NCBI GenBank assembly: GCA_000708835.1
Contig: DF237017.1
Coordinates: 182,157 to 246,156 of the forward strand
Direction: 5' to 3'
DNA: 64,000 nucleotides
DNA from: Klebsormidium nitens
Lineage: Eukaryota > Plantae > Klebsormidiophyceae
Below, piece after piece: positions 39,456 through 52,338 of the stretch (position 1 is its first letter; each line of letters starts with the position of its first letter). The notes beneath the pieces were generated by a model that was not told the origin of the DNA, ran no database searches, and saw only the letters and a program-made list of their open reading frames with translations. The position numbers and the translations under genes are program-made.

Positions 39456-41907
39456 CTTTCCTTCCTGGGTTAATCACTGTGAGTCAGCTTGTTCATTGCT
39501 GCAAGCAGCCGGGTTGTGAAAGAATTGTCGGTGAAAGCAACTGCCGAAGCATGCTTTCACGGGCGTGGACCTCTGCTTTTGTCCGCCAGAGCTATCTTGC
39601 GTAAGACCTTATTGGTAGAGACAAGGTCTTGCTGCGTGTGTAGAAATTGTTTTAGATACTCGCGGAGTCCAAAAAGGCCGCGGCAGGGATTGTTCAAGCG
39701 AGTGGGGCTAAAAGCCGCACAGCTTTTCGAACTAGAAGTTGAGCCGCTGTCCTTGCTTTCCTTCGCTTTTCTTTCCCTTGCTTGCGACTTGCAGTCCTTT
39801 TTTCTAGCATAGTCTTCGACTTTGATCGCCAGTGATTCTGTTAGACCAACTTTCGTTGTTCGCCCCGTTTGGGCGCGCTAAATGACGAAGGCGGCCCGTT
39901 CTCACGAAAGTTTTGGGCAGATTCGTCTCCTTTCCGGACACCCGTTTTTGGTTGGGGTAACCAGAATCAGCATTGGTTGTTCTTTTCGATAGCCCCGGGA
40001 GATGCTTGGTACAGCCGTGCTTGTGTCCTACGGCTGTACTTAACTGCTTTGCTTGATTCCTCTAGTCTATCTCAATCTCCCAACTGCTCTATTCTAACGA
40101 GTTGTTCGGATGAGTCCGCATTCACACGCAAAGCCAAACGCATCGGCTCAGCTTTGCGCCCAGTCACTTATTCAGGCGAGTCTTCGCTTTACGTGCGTTG
40201 CGCCCTCCGCAGATCTTCTCGACGTTACCACTAGCAGGTTTTGAGTGAATCTTGCTTTTCTGCTCGCTGCCATTCGATGCGCGGCACAGTGCCAGAATCG
40301 GGAAAAATTGGCAGCTCGTTAGTTGCGTTCGTTGTTGGCAGTTCCTGGACGTGGCAAAGACATGCAATGCAACAGTATTGAGCTGAGACCAGGCAACAAC
40401 GGTGGCGCCACAAGACGCGTCAGTATTCCTGTGGTCTTCAGCAGAAAATTGCGTTGGTGCTTTAGTCGCGTTTCTCGATTGGAAGTTGATGATTAAACCC
40501 TCGTTAGTGAAGGCAGATCCCGACAATAATTGAAGCAAGTTTCTCACCCACCCATCAAGCCATTGGTCTGGTTGCCGAAATTTTGTCCGCTCATGGACGT
40601 CGCGAGAGGGCGATTCCCATCTCCTCGTCTGTGCCAGACATGTTTGCGAGGGTCTACGTTGGGTCGTTGTGAGAAGTAGCCAAGAGTTTGCTTGGGTAAC
40701 ACCACTGCAATTGGCAGAGAGTTATGGGGAGACAGAAAACTAGGATTTCAGAGTTGACACTTTCGTCGTGTCACCGTTGACTTCTCGCCTTGAGCCGCCA
40801 GTCTTATTGCAGATTGGCTGTTCGCGTCTGGGATCCGCAGCTGAACTACAGTTTAAGCTTCTGACATTTTGCATTAGTAGCTACGGTTAGCTCTTTCACT
40901 TGCGTGCGAGTTGGCGAGTTTTGGGGCTGGTCACCTAACCTTTGGTTCTTGACTAGGTAATTCCCAGCTTAATTACATACGCTTCTGACCCAAGAGCGAC
41001 GTATGACCAGAAAGCCTTTGTTGGACTACTTTACGGCCCCTATGTTGGCCTAACACCTTTGCTTAAACGTCCGCAGGCAGCGACTCCTGTTCACCGACAG
41101 GACACTGATATAGTGAGCCACCGGTCATCTGGCCGCCGGCTTCTCTTTCCAATTATACGACAGGAACTATCATAGGCAAGTGAAAGCTATCTTGATCTGA
41201 CTCTCTAGCCGCAATGTCTAAGCGTTGGGTCGACCATGCAATCACTGCCCGTCTCGAGTTGCAAGTAACTTGACGTATCCAGTCTCAAGTAGGTGACAAG
41301 CAGGCGAATGTTGCCAGCGCAATGGACATTTTGCACGTGGCTTCTCTCAAAGCCGCGCTTTGACCCAGACGTTCGTGTGGCCAAGTCGACGACCTGTGAG
41401 CTGCTGGTTTGCCTGACTTGCGTTTTCTCGTCCTTGCTTACAGTACGCTCATCAGACATATGGGAAGGATGATGCAGAACGTGGTTGGTTCGTTGCGGAC
41501 CACACTTGTTTGTGCATGTCCATGAGCCCATTGATTCCTCCTCTGCAGCCTCAAGACTTCGGAGGCCGGGAATCCCAACATTCGTATTCATTTTGCGGTT
41601 GACCTGTGAACCATATCGTTGTGTCGCCGGCTTTTGTCATGGTTATTTCTTGTGCGGCCCTGGATCTCCTTTGGTTGGTGGATTTCTCTTATCCGGCGGC
41701 GAGCTGCGACTTGAAGTGCAAGATGTTTGACACTGGGTACACACTGATCGCGTGCACGCACGAGCCCTGAAAGCCTTCTGTCTAGCCGTTGATATTGGCT
41801 GTCTCATCATACGTGCCGCTTTTGCCGCGTTTTTTGTCCAATTCCGCTCCCAAAAGCCGCAAACATTTTCATCCACGTACTCAAGGACGCTCGCCGAAAG
41901 CTTGTGC

Positions 41908-41983
41908 GTGGCAAGGAGGACTTCATCGTGGGGCAACAACCCAGATCGGGCCTTGGACCGTTGGAAGGTTTGTACCAAGCCGC
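41908..41983 (+). ncRNA. Candidate C/D-like element (D side CCAA)
   Basis: gcGTGGC-AAG-GA-GG...CCAA-GCCGCgc; 7-bp stem with one G-U pair. Confidence 0.4.
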
Positions 41984-43236
41984 GCTCCCAAGCATCCCCG
42001 ATCAAATTGCCCACTCTGCCTACTGTCATCTACGTACCTCTTGAATCATCGAAAGGTCTTTGCGCCTCTCTGAGATTCCCGTTCTCTCGCGGCCAACAAA
42101 CGCTGCAAACTAGGGTTGTCGGCATCGCCGTTTGGACGGTCGCGAAGCTTTTTTGTCAGCGTTTCTTCTCACGCGGGCGCGGCGTGGAGCGATCCTCGGG
42201 TTTGAGTTTCGGCTCTCCAGCGAATCGCTCACAGCCACCAATTTATAGCTATGGAAAATTCTCGACACTTGAATCACCCCAAAACCTTAAAACGCAAACC
42301 TGATACTTTTCACTTCTCCATACTTAGCCTGATAATTTTATGTTAGATCTTAGGATCTTCGTCTCCATCTTACGTTGCTGTTCCAAACTTGTAATCTGCT
42401 TTTTTGGTCGTTGTCTCGCCGTCTTCCAGTGCGTCTCGAACGCGCGCTTCAATAACCCTTGTCAGGCAGGTGCGTGCTGGCTTCCAAGAGTGGCGGCCGC
42501 TGGCAAGCGCGTTACAGATTAAGCTCGGCCTCACAGAGTACGGGCACTGTACTGATTAGCAATTTCAAAAGTGCGTTCGACAAGGAAACAATGGCAATGT
42601 GCAGAATGTAACTGGTGCTGTGCTAACGAAATGTGCCAGATAAACGAAGAACCTCTGGAGCCTCTTGCTTCGTGAAGCCGGCTTTCCTGACATTGAAACG
42701 TGGGAATCACCTATTCATATGCCCTTCTACTCAAGTTTGACCGCCTTTTGAGTTGCGCGCAGCATGCTTACTCGAGCTACATCGGCTTGAAATCAGTAGT
42801 AAGATTGACCGAACCCACCCTCGATCATGGTCTAAGCAGGGCGCCTTTCCAAAGTGAAGCTGACCCACGCGTGCGAGTGCTTTGATAAGGTTCTGAAGCG
42901 GATGCAGAGAGGGCCAGCGTGGCTGTGATAAGCTCAGCGCAGTGGCACAAGGCGTGCCAGGCGCAGTCCACGATGATTGTGTTTAGACGCCATGTGGCGC
43001 TCCATGAAGTAGGTGCAAGGTACCGCGCGAGAACGAAGGACCGCCGTTTCTGACCGTCGACAACGGCGCGCCGGCCAACATGGCTAGGTGACTCGTCGAT
43101 TAAGCTTGTGACGAGATTGTTTTGATTCTTACGTTTCCTGATTGGGCTACTTGGATATTATGCACTTGACCTTTGAAGTCGTTTGGGTTCGCATCCGTTG
43201 AGAAGCATCGTACGAGCTAGCTAGGCACTACATGCA

Positions 43237-43308
43237 GTGGCAAGGAAGCGTAAGTTCAAAGTAATGACACGTTCTTGGTGCCATTGAGAAATTCCTGAAG
43301 TGAGCCAC
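43237..43308 (+). ncRNA. Candidate C/D-like small RNA
   Basis: GTGGC-AAG-GA...GTGA-GCCAC. Confidence 0.5.
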
Positions 43309-44241
43309 CTTTCGCACTACTTATCAGTTCGGGAAAGTGTACGCCCCAGCTGCAGTGGGCGAATGGAGTAGGGATGGCCGTCGCGATCGAAAACCGGATT
43401 TTAGGTTCTGACTTCTGCTCTGCAAAGAATCTTCATTCGTTCTGTGGTCCACCTTATTCTGCTTAGCTTACAATCCTGCGCTATTGCACAGCGAGTTTGT
43501 TCTGCTTTAAGTAGGGCGTGAGCGGACGCAGCCCCATGCATGAAAACTCATAGGGCGACTGCTCAACGGGGCCTTTCTCCTGTCGTGTCGTTAAGAGGAG
43601 AGTGCCAAGGCTTCCATCCCCGAGCTTGCAGCGCTGGTAACTTGTGACCGGGGTTGACTCGTGACCGCCCAGTTGACATGACAGCCCTCTTTAGCCTGCA
43701 CAAGGATGCTCAAAGGAAGCACTCCGGAAAGCTTTCCGTCCCGCTTCTCAAATTCTCTGACTTGCGGTAGCTTCAGCCGAGCTTGTTTGAAAGTCTTATT
43801 TCTACAACCAGGAGCAGTAATCTGACGACGTAAGCATTGTCCAATTGGCGACAGCTCTATTTCACAGCTTCGCGCGTGTGGCTATGATCTATGGGCTACT
43901 TTGGGGCTGTATCTCCATTGAAGGCCAAATTGAAGGCCACCTTTCGCTTCGCATGTCTGTAAGAGGGTCGTGCTCCGATTGCCCGATCACTTCTCTCAAG
44001 CTCCTTTCCGGAGAAGCTGGTGGGTGTGTTAAAATTCGTTTGGTTTCTTCTTCGAAACCTGTACACAGATTTTCGCGCTTCCTTTTCCTGGAAAAGCCCT
44101 GCCCATCATCACGAAAGGGCTAAACGGACGCAAAACTCCGCTTAGAAAGGTTGAAGCTAGCACACGCGCTCATTCTTTGATAAGACCAGCGGTCATACTT
44201 TGCACATCTTTACGTTTGCACGGAAACTTACAAGAACCGAA

Positions 44242-44317
44242 GTGGCCAGGACGACTTTCTTGCCGGCTGCAGATCTCACCTCTGCACATTTTGACCAAAG
44301 CCTCCGTTCCGAGCCAA
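44242..44317 (+). ncRNA. Candidate C/D-like small RNA
   Basis: GTGGC-CAG-GA-CGA...TCCGA-GCCAA. Confidence 0.45.
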
Positions 44318-45126
44318 TCCTCTCGTGCAGCGATGCCATAACCTGACTATGCTAATCGGCCTTGAACGCCCGTCCGATGTCGTTTTCCACTGTCTCGTTT
44401 TCATTGTCTGGTGCCCGCGCAAGGCTGAGTGTGGCGTAATCTGCGTCGTTGTACCAGCAGGTGTCTGCTCTCTCAACGGGTATTGGTTTCTCGCCTTGCG
44501 TGGTTGCGTAGCGGCTGACTCTCATCGACGGCTGCATGTGCGTCCGGTTATCCTCCTTTGGCGTTTTCATGTTCAATTTGCCAAGTCTTGCCTTTCAAAT
44601 ATAAGCTTTGATGCGGCTGTAAGAGTATGCGGAAGGTCCGCACATCTTGTCACCAGCTAGCGTGGCACGAGGCGGCTGAGATTTCTGACGCTTCCGCTAC
44701 TAAGTATCTTCTTATCCAATCTCGAGTGCGGTAGTACGAGAGGACGTTATATGAGTGCTTTCCGCTTGCAAGATAGAAGTGGCAAGGAAGTTTTCGAAGT
44801 GGGGCCTTGAATCTCACGTCCTCTCCGCTTAGGGACACCGTCTTTTGGGTTGTAAATACTTGTAATTAGGGGCAAGCTCAGACGCTGCTCAGTCTGACCA
44901 GCCAAAGATTGTGGTTCTGTCCTCTGTAAAGGACCATCTCCGGTGAAATCGCAGTCTCGGACGTTGAGACGGGAGATTACCAGCCAGCAATTAAATTGGA
45001 TCTGGTTTTCAATGAAGCGGAAGTCACACGACGCCTTCCTAGTCTCTCCGAGTCGCGGTATAGCACCCTGCATTCTGCAATCACGAGTGCAGATTGATTG
45101 TCCAAGAGCTGAATCTTCCTATGTCG

Positions 45127-45204
45127 GTGGCAAGGAGGACTTCAGTTTCCGCGTTGGCGTGACAGCCCTTCGTCACGGTTCTGCATCATTGCGCACTAAG
45201 CCAC
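45127..45204 (+). ncRNA. Candidate C/D-like element (D side CTAA)
   Basis: gGTGGC-AAG-GA-GG...CTAA-GCCACc; paralogue of the 39376 and 50439 copies. Confidence 0.4.
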
Positions 45205-48200
45205 CTGTTCCTCTTGACTTACTGATACTTCCCGGCTTGTCAGGAGCTGCGAGCAGCCGGGCTCTGTACGAACCCTGGTAACAGCAGCTGTAAAAGCATG
45301 CTTCGACGAGCGTCGACCTTGCTTTCCATTTGCCCAGATCGCTACGATCAGGTTTTCTTTGTTGTGAAGTGATAATTTATGCGCAGTAGGGTCGCGGAGA
45401 CTTTCTACGACACTCGCAGAGTCTGATTGAGTGATCAAGAAAGCTGGGCCGTGACAGGGAAGACTCGAGCGAATAGGGCCGGATGCCGCAGAATAAATTG
45501 CACAGAATGAGCCACTGTCCTTGCGCTTTTTCGCTTTACTTCTCTTCATGTTGCTGAGACAAGGTCTTCCGTTTCCAAAGTTTGGCCGGCATCTCCTCGA
45601 TTGACGATGATTCCGCAAGTACGCTCCTTTGAATGATGCGCGTGTTTCGTAAATGCCGGGGCCCCACTTCAACGATAGCCTAGGAGAGGGCTTTCTGGTC
45701 AAACATTTTGACTTCCGAGCTTCGGCTTCTTCTGTTCCTCCTCATACCCAGAGAGGCCTGGTACTGCGCTTGCTTGGTTTCCATAACAATTCCTTTTTCT
45801 TGTTTTTTCTGACCAGATTCAGAATTTTCAACCCTTTTGTTGCAGTAAAAGGTTCCCAAACGTTGGGACGAGTCCGCATTCTCCCGCGGAGCCATTCCCC
45901 TCGGCGCATTGAAATCGTCAGGCGGCACCTCCGCTTCACGTGAGATGCTAGTTGACCCTCCATTAGTTCGGTCAAGATGGGCACAAGTAGCATAACTGCT
46001 CGCTGGTGTTGGTCTTCTGCCCGCCGCCCAAAGAATGCGCGCGCACTCTGGCATGTATTCTTGATCTTTGACCGTCCTGATTGCCGGATCGACATTGGCC
46101 GTCTCTGGCACGTGGCAAAGACAAGCAATATGACAGCAGCAATGAGCTGGACGCTGGCAACGTGGCGCCACAGGATGCGTCGTTGTCAGATGCTGTCATG
46201 TGAGTGGAGCCATGCAATCTGCTTTCACTACCCCTCTGGTCAAGACCAAAGCCTTCTCGCAATTTCGGCTTCAACTTTCAGCGCAAATTGACTTGTTGGT
46301 CCTGCTGTCAGGGCGCAGTCTAGCCTCGGTCCGGTCGCCGACGCGACTATCCGTTGTCCGCTCTCCGTATGTAACAGGCATCTTTTGCATGCAAGAACGC
46401 GGACCTGCCAATTGTATATGAATTAAGAAGCTGTCAAAGCGCAAACCCGCTCCTTTTGAGAAGTAGCCAAAGTTGCGCCTCGAATGGAGACCGCTGCAGT
46501 TGAGGCATCTTTATAAGTAGGCAAAGATACAAAAGTTTCTTAGGTGACACTCTCGCCGTGTCACGATTCGTTCGTTCATTTGCGCCGCAAGACTCGTTGC
46601 AAATTGGACGTCCAAGTCGGGCGTGACCTTCGCGCGCAGCTTAACGGCACTTTCAGCCCTTCAATTTGCGCCTAATTTGCCTTTACCGTTCTTTTCGTTT
46701 TCGCAAGTACACCAGGTTCTGACCACTAGTCGTTACTACCCAGTAACAAATCCTTTGGCGTCTAGAATGAGGCACCGTTCCACAGCTTGACTGCAACGTT
46801 TCCAACACTAAAACTGCAGTCGAACTAGGACAAATGTCGAGTTATGTAAGGTCCTTGCGTCGTGCCGGCAGCTTGAGCATTAAAGACTGCATAAATCCAT
46901 CCACCCATAGCACACTGCGATTGCGTTGTAGCGAGCCTGCGACGTCATCTGGTTGCCTCGTCAAGTTTACCCGTCTTAGGATCGTTCCACTCGGCAGGCG
47001 AAGTCGAGCGGCCTTCTTACGCCGCCTTGTCAAATGTACAGTCGGTGCGATCAGTGCCACCCTCGAGTTGCTTATGACTTGCCGTACAGAAAGTAGAATA
47101 GGTGGCAAACAGGTTAACTCTGCTGGTGCCTCAGACTCTCGTCAAGTAGCTTCTTTCGACGCCGATTTAGACCAAGAACTGACAAATGTGTGAATTCTGA
47201 TATGCCACAGTTCCCAAACCTTGCGCTGCCGCCAGCTTTGAACACCATTTTTCCTGTCCAAAAATGTTAGACTTGCGCCAATGATGATGCATGACATGGT
47301 TGGTACGTCCACGGACCACCTGCTCCCATCGTCTCGAGCTTCTGAAGCCGGTGGTTCTAGGATGCGTCCTCGACAAATCTGAACTGGGTAGTTCAAATTG
47401 TACGTTGCAGTCCACGGTTGAATCTGTGTTGAAAGTAGCACAGTTCTGCCAAGTCCCGTAATGGTCACTCTCAGATGCACCGTGCAATTGTAAGGAATTT
47501 AAGGGTACAGAAAAAGCAGACAGCTCTTTAATTGTACACATTTACTTTCTCTTCTTGCCTCTCAAGATCATGTAATTAAGAGGAACCTGGTGCTTGTTCG
47601 CTCCAGCGTCAGCTTTATCGTCCTCTGGTGTCTCTTTGAAAGGCGTGGTCTTCCTCGGGAGAACTACCGCTCTTAGCATCCACCTTGTTGCATCACCAGT
47701 CCCTGGTTGTTCTAAAGTTACAGATCTAAAATGCCTCGTGTAAGGTTCATACGCGGTGCAATCAGCTTAGCGCGTCGCTCTTTCGGAGTCCATCGATCCC
47801 GTGTGGGCTACGGAGCACTCGTGTGCTTTTGAATCGAGTTTCGGCCCCCCCGGCTTGTCGCTCGTGGCCACTCTCAACCCCATCTTACGGTCGCTGTACT
47901 TGGCAATGAAGGATATAAAAAGTGGTGCTTTGCAAGCTGCGCCATTGCTTGTCATTTCGCCCATGAACGACTTGAGCCTTCCGATCCGTAGACCGGTTTG
48001 GGCGGATCGTATATAGAATCCGGGCACTGCTTGTCCCTTTGCCCTTGTTTGATCTGAAATATGACGTGCCACATTCTTTGTAGAAGCAAGAAATATCATC
48101 TGGGGACAACGGCGGGGTATGGCTAGAAGAAGACGAACCCACTCAGGGCGAGTTCAATCATGAAGCTGCCTCGAATGACGTTGGAGTCACTACTTTGTCG

Positions 48201-49018
48201 CTTGGTGCTGAAGCCGTTAGCGAAGAGTGTGACGATGACAAGCTCAGCGCAGCGGCACAAGGGGCGCCCAGATGCATGCTGGCGAAATGCACCGGAGCCA
48301 CGTGGCCGTTAATAAACATAAGCTTAAGACATCGTACGGGTGAATGGACGGGGAGTGAATCATAGCCTTCTCCGTCTCCGAACTTCCGAAAACAATCTGG
48401 CAGATTACAATCGCAAAGTCGTCGACTGATTGCTCGGTCATTTTCTAGTGTATTCGACTTCGGCGCGTCCTGCAACCTGCGTGTTACGCTGGTCAATTGT
48501 GGATCTGGACAAGTGACATTTCTGACCTGACCGTCAGAGTTGTGTAACGTGGGTCTGTATCTCTTAAGAATGCTCGTACGAGCCAGCCTCGAACTCTCAA
48601 GACAGTGGAAAGGAAACGAGACTTTTTGGCGATGACGCTTTCCCAGCGTCATCGAATATCAGATCTAGCAAACGTGAGCCGCCTGACTGATCGCGCGCAG
48701 ATGGTCCTTTGAGTCGGACATGAGGTGTACGACCTTGGTGAAGAGTATGTAGCAAGATTAGTTTTCACGAGAAATATGATCAAGGCTCCCTCACAATATA
48801 TTGCATAAAGAAGCGTGCTTATTATCTGCCCGAAGCGGTGGTGGGATTCACTAGCACAGGTTAAATCGCACCCTTTTTCCGTCTTTTATGTAACGGTTTG
48901 TACTACTTGACCGATTTGCCCAGAGGCCTTTGCTACAAGGTCTCACTAGTACTGTAGGTTGTTACGCAAGACGGTATCTGCGTTGTTTCTGCTCACAAGA
49001 TCAGACTCCTGTTCTAGA

Positions 49019-49088
49019 TTGGCAAGGAAGTTGTCAAAGTGGGGCGTTGAGCCCCACCGCAAGTAACCCATCTCCGGCTCCGAGCCAC
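49019..49088 (+). ncRNA. Candidate C/D-like small RNA with internal hairpin
   Basis: TTGGC-AAG-GA-AG...CCGA-GCCAC; internal GTGGGGC-GTTGA-GCCCCAC at 49039-49057. Confidence 0.5.
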
Positions 49089-52000
49089 CGTGTTTCTGGT
49101 TGTATCTATTATGTGATCGAAGATATGCTCCGGTGTTGCTCAACTTGACCAGCCAAGGAATTGTGTTCCTGTCTTCCATGCATATGAAGAACCGTACAAG
49201 GAAAGGCCAATATTCGGTCGTTTTTCCGAGCATCCTACGTGCGGAAGTGGGCGCCAACGAAAAGCGTCGTGACTGATCTGCGCTTTGAAAAGAGACTTGA
49301 AACATGTGGTTTTGTTATTGCGATCTGACGGTGGCCCTGGCGCGCCATATGCTATATGTATGTTAGATTGGTCGCTGAATGTGACCCTATGGCGGCTCAC
49401 AGTCTAGAACTCTGGCGGTTTGGTTGCATTTTCCGTTGCGACCGGGCGTCAAGAAGGCAACCAAGTTTCAAGAAAACCAAGTCATCTTCAGGTCGAATCC
49501 AAGTCACTCCCTTGTAAGTTTTCATGAACACGAGTTCGACCCATTTTTCGGAGTAGAACGCTCGATCACCTCTTCCAAGCCTGACTTAATGTATGCTCTT
49601 CCCAGTGCATACTAGGCGCAAGGCGCAGCCGGGGCGTTTTTAAGGAGTGTGCACCTGATTTTGCTTTACGTTTACCCCAATTTTGCCAACGGCCCTTCTG
49701 TTTGAACTACTAAGAAGCGCTTGGGAAGGCTTCTTTGTAGTCGAACGAAGCGAGCTTGGGCGATGACGAGTTACTTGGGTGCGCCCACAGTTTGAGTGTG
49801 TCAGACGGAGCCACATGGCCTCAAATCGTTGCGCGTTCTCGACAAGTGAAACCCAGGACTCAGTTGAGGCTTGGTTGGATCTTGGCAACAGATGAATTGT
49901 CCAACGAATCTGGCCACCCGCAAGAGACACGCCTCACTCAATGCGTGGTATATTTCTTGCTTTTGTTTTCACCTGCCATTAGGTTCCAGTCGGTGGCAAG
50001 TGGGCCCATCGTGGAGGGCAGCCGTAGTCACAACTTGAAGGTGCTAAGACACTGTATGCTAAGTTCAAAGCCAACAATATTCTGGTTGCGGCAAGGACTT
50101 TGGCCATTGGGCTCCAGACATTGGCACCCTCCCGGTGCTAGTCTTCACGCTACCCTTGGAGTCTCTCTGAGCCGCCTGTTCGTTTCAGGTTCCGATTGAA
50201 GATCAGCTGGTGATTCTCGCAGCTTCCCTTGAAATTGACTCACGAGTTTTTTCGCAAAGAAAGCCGTAAACAACGAAAACGTAAACGGGCCAAATGACCT
50301 GCTAAACACAATAAGAACGTCTGGCCCCCTTGTTTGCAAAGGCGGCACAAAGTTACACGTGGGTGTACCTTTCTTCTTCGATTGAGCAAGTCTTGCTCAC
50401 TGTCTGAAAGGGAGTTTGCAAGCTCAGACAAGTAGTCGGTGGCAAAGAGGACGTCCCGCGCTGGCGTGACATCCCTTCGCCATTCAATTCAACGAAGAAG
50501 TTGTGGACCAAGCCACCTTTTCGTCCTGGGCTGAATAATCACCACTCAACTTGTCGATGGTTAATTGCAGAAACCGGGTTCTGGTAGTTGTTTGGAGATA
50601 CTCGCTGCAACAGCGTGCTTTCGTAAGCGTGAATCCTTTTCTGTTCTGCCACAGCTGTTGTCTCGGATCTTTATTGTCGATCTAATTGCTCGAGGGAATG
50701 CGAAGTGCCTCGACTTCTTTGCCTGGGGGGATCCTGTTGGAACAACAGAAAAGGGCCGTGGCATTGTGGCACTGGTACCTCCAGCGAGCCGGGCTGAAAC
50801 CCCACAGCCCACCGTTGCAAGGAATGCACTGCACTTCGTTCCTCCGGCGAATTAAGATCGCTTGTACCATCATTCTTCGCTCCCGTCTTGAGTTCTAACT
50901 TTTCTTGGGACTAGGCCTAGTGAGATCCGCTTTGCATGCTGGGGATTTTTGGTCAGCTACTGCGTATCCAAACGCAGCCGACAGGATGCGTGCCGGCGGC
51001 CGCTGGGTTGCTCGCTGCAACACTAGCTGCGGTTGCCTGTACGGCGCTTGAGTCTGCAATTTTGAAACAAGGGCATGGAGGCGAAGCGGAAAAATCGGCA
51101 ATGAGAGAATGGTCCAGGTGCTGTGCAAAAAGCGCCAGCACTGAAAAGTGGACTTCAGTCGAGCCCTTCGGTTTGTGAGATCCTTTGCCTGATTGACAGC
51201 ACGGAAACTTCTTTTCATCCTGCCCGTGTACTCAAAAAGGTTATTGAGCATCGTCCAAATAGAAGGCGGCGACTTGACGTCAGCTGGAACGGCTTGGTTT
51301 GAATATGACGAAACCCAGGTCGAATCATAGTCTGACGAGGGCGAATTCGGATCCTGGAGCTGACCACGTGCGGGAGTACTATGAAATTTTTTGGATTGGA
51401 GCGGATGCCTGCAGAGAGTGTGGATCAGCTTTCGCTGGCACAAATTACGCCATGCAATGGTTTTGGAGTGTACCGGAGCCATGCGGCATAAAGCATTGCA
51501 CGTGGAACTGCTTTAAATGCTCCTCCGTCTTCTCTCTTTCGAGAACGAGTCAGCAGCTCACGCCCAAGAAAATCCGTCGGCTTCCTGTGTTTGGTTCGTA
51601 GGTACTCTGTATTGCGCGTCCAATGCGTGGATGTCGTTTGCTGAGTCTCGTGTGATCGATCGGGCTCCATGAAATTCTGGCTTGAATTTCGGAAGTATGG
51701 GGGGAAGGCCTGCACGAGCCAGGCTCTAAAGAAAGTGGCAAGGTGCCAAATTTCCTAAATGATGACGCATTTAAGTGCCACACAACATTTTGCTTCTTGG
51801 AGTGAGCCGCCTCTCGCATCGCAGGCGGGTTCTTCGCATTGAGAAGCATACGACCTAGCTGCATTCGCGTATCGTAGAGATGGCCATCGCCCGACAAAAG
51901 TGGGCTTCCTATTTCCTGCGTTTACAGATCCTCCTTCGACGTGTGGGTCGTCTGGTCAGCTTGGCTTCACATGAATTTTGCAGAGCCCGAGTTCGTCCTG

Positions 52001-52140
52001 CTCTGAATTAGGTCGTGACGTACGGACGCATCCGCATGACGTCATCACAGGGCGACCGGTCAGCTGGAGCCCTCACCTGTCGTATCGCCAAGAGACGAGT
52101 ACGTGCCAGCAATTTTTACCCGGAGCATAACACGCTTGTT

Positions 52141-52338
52141 AAATGGATGAAATCAGGATAATTGTTATTATAATAAGCCAAGATATTGATCAGGTAACCG
52201 CACTGGGACGGGTAGGGTGGGCGCGTATGGGTACGGTGCAGGTAACCTTTTTGGGTCAGGATATTTCGTTTTTGCTGGAGCCAAATATAATCAGCTTGGC
52301 TTCATATGAGTGTCTTTCTTGAGTTCTATTCGTAATGG
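52141..52338 (+). mobile_element. ~200 bp insertion carrying the GGACGGGT(A/G)GGG dispersed repeat
   Basis: Present here but absent from the paralogous segment near 54885 (acgcttgt|agtgcgg). The paralogue offset drops from 2755 to about 2550 bp across it. No terminal inverted repeats seen. Confidence 0.5.

Noticed and set aside
50895-51601. ORFs 50895-51482 (-) and 51299-51601 (+, Cys-rich) as transposon gag or zinc finger
   Set aside because: No recognisable domain motif, no splice support, and no coding-like GC3 bias compared with the real exons.
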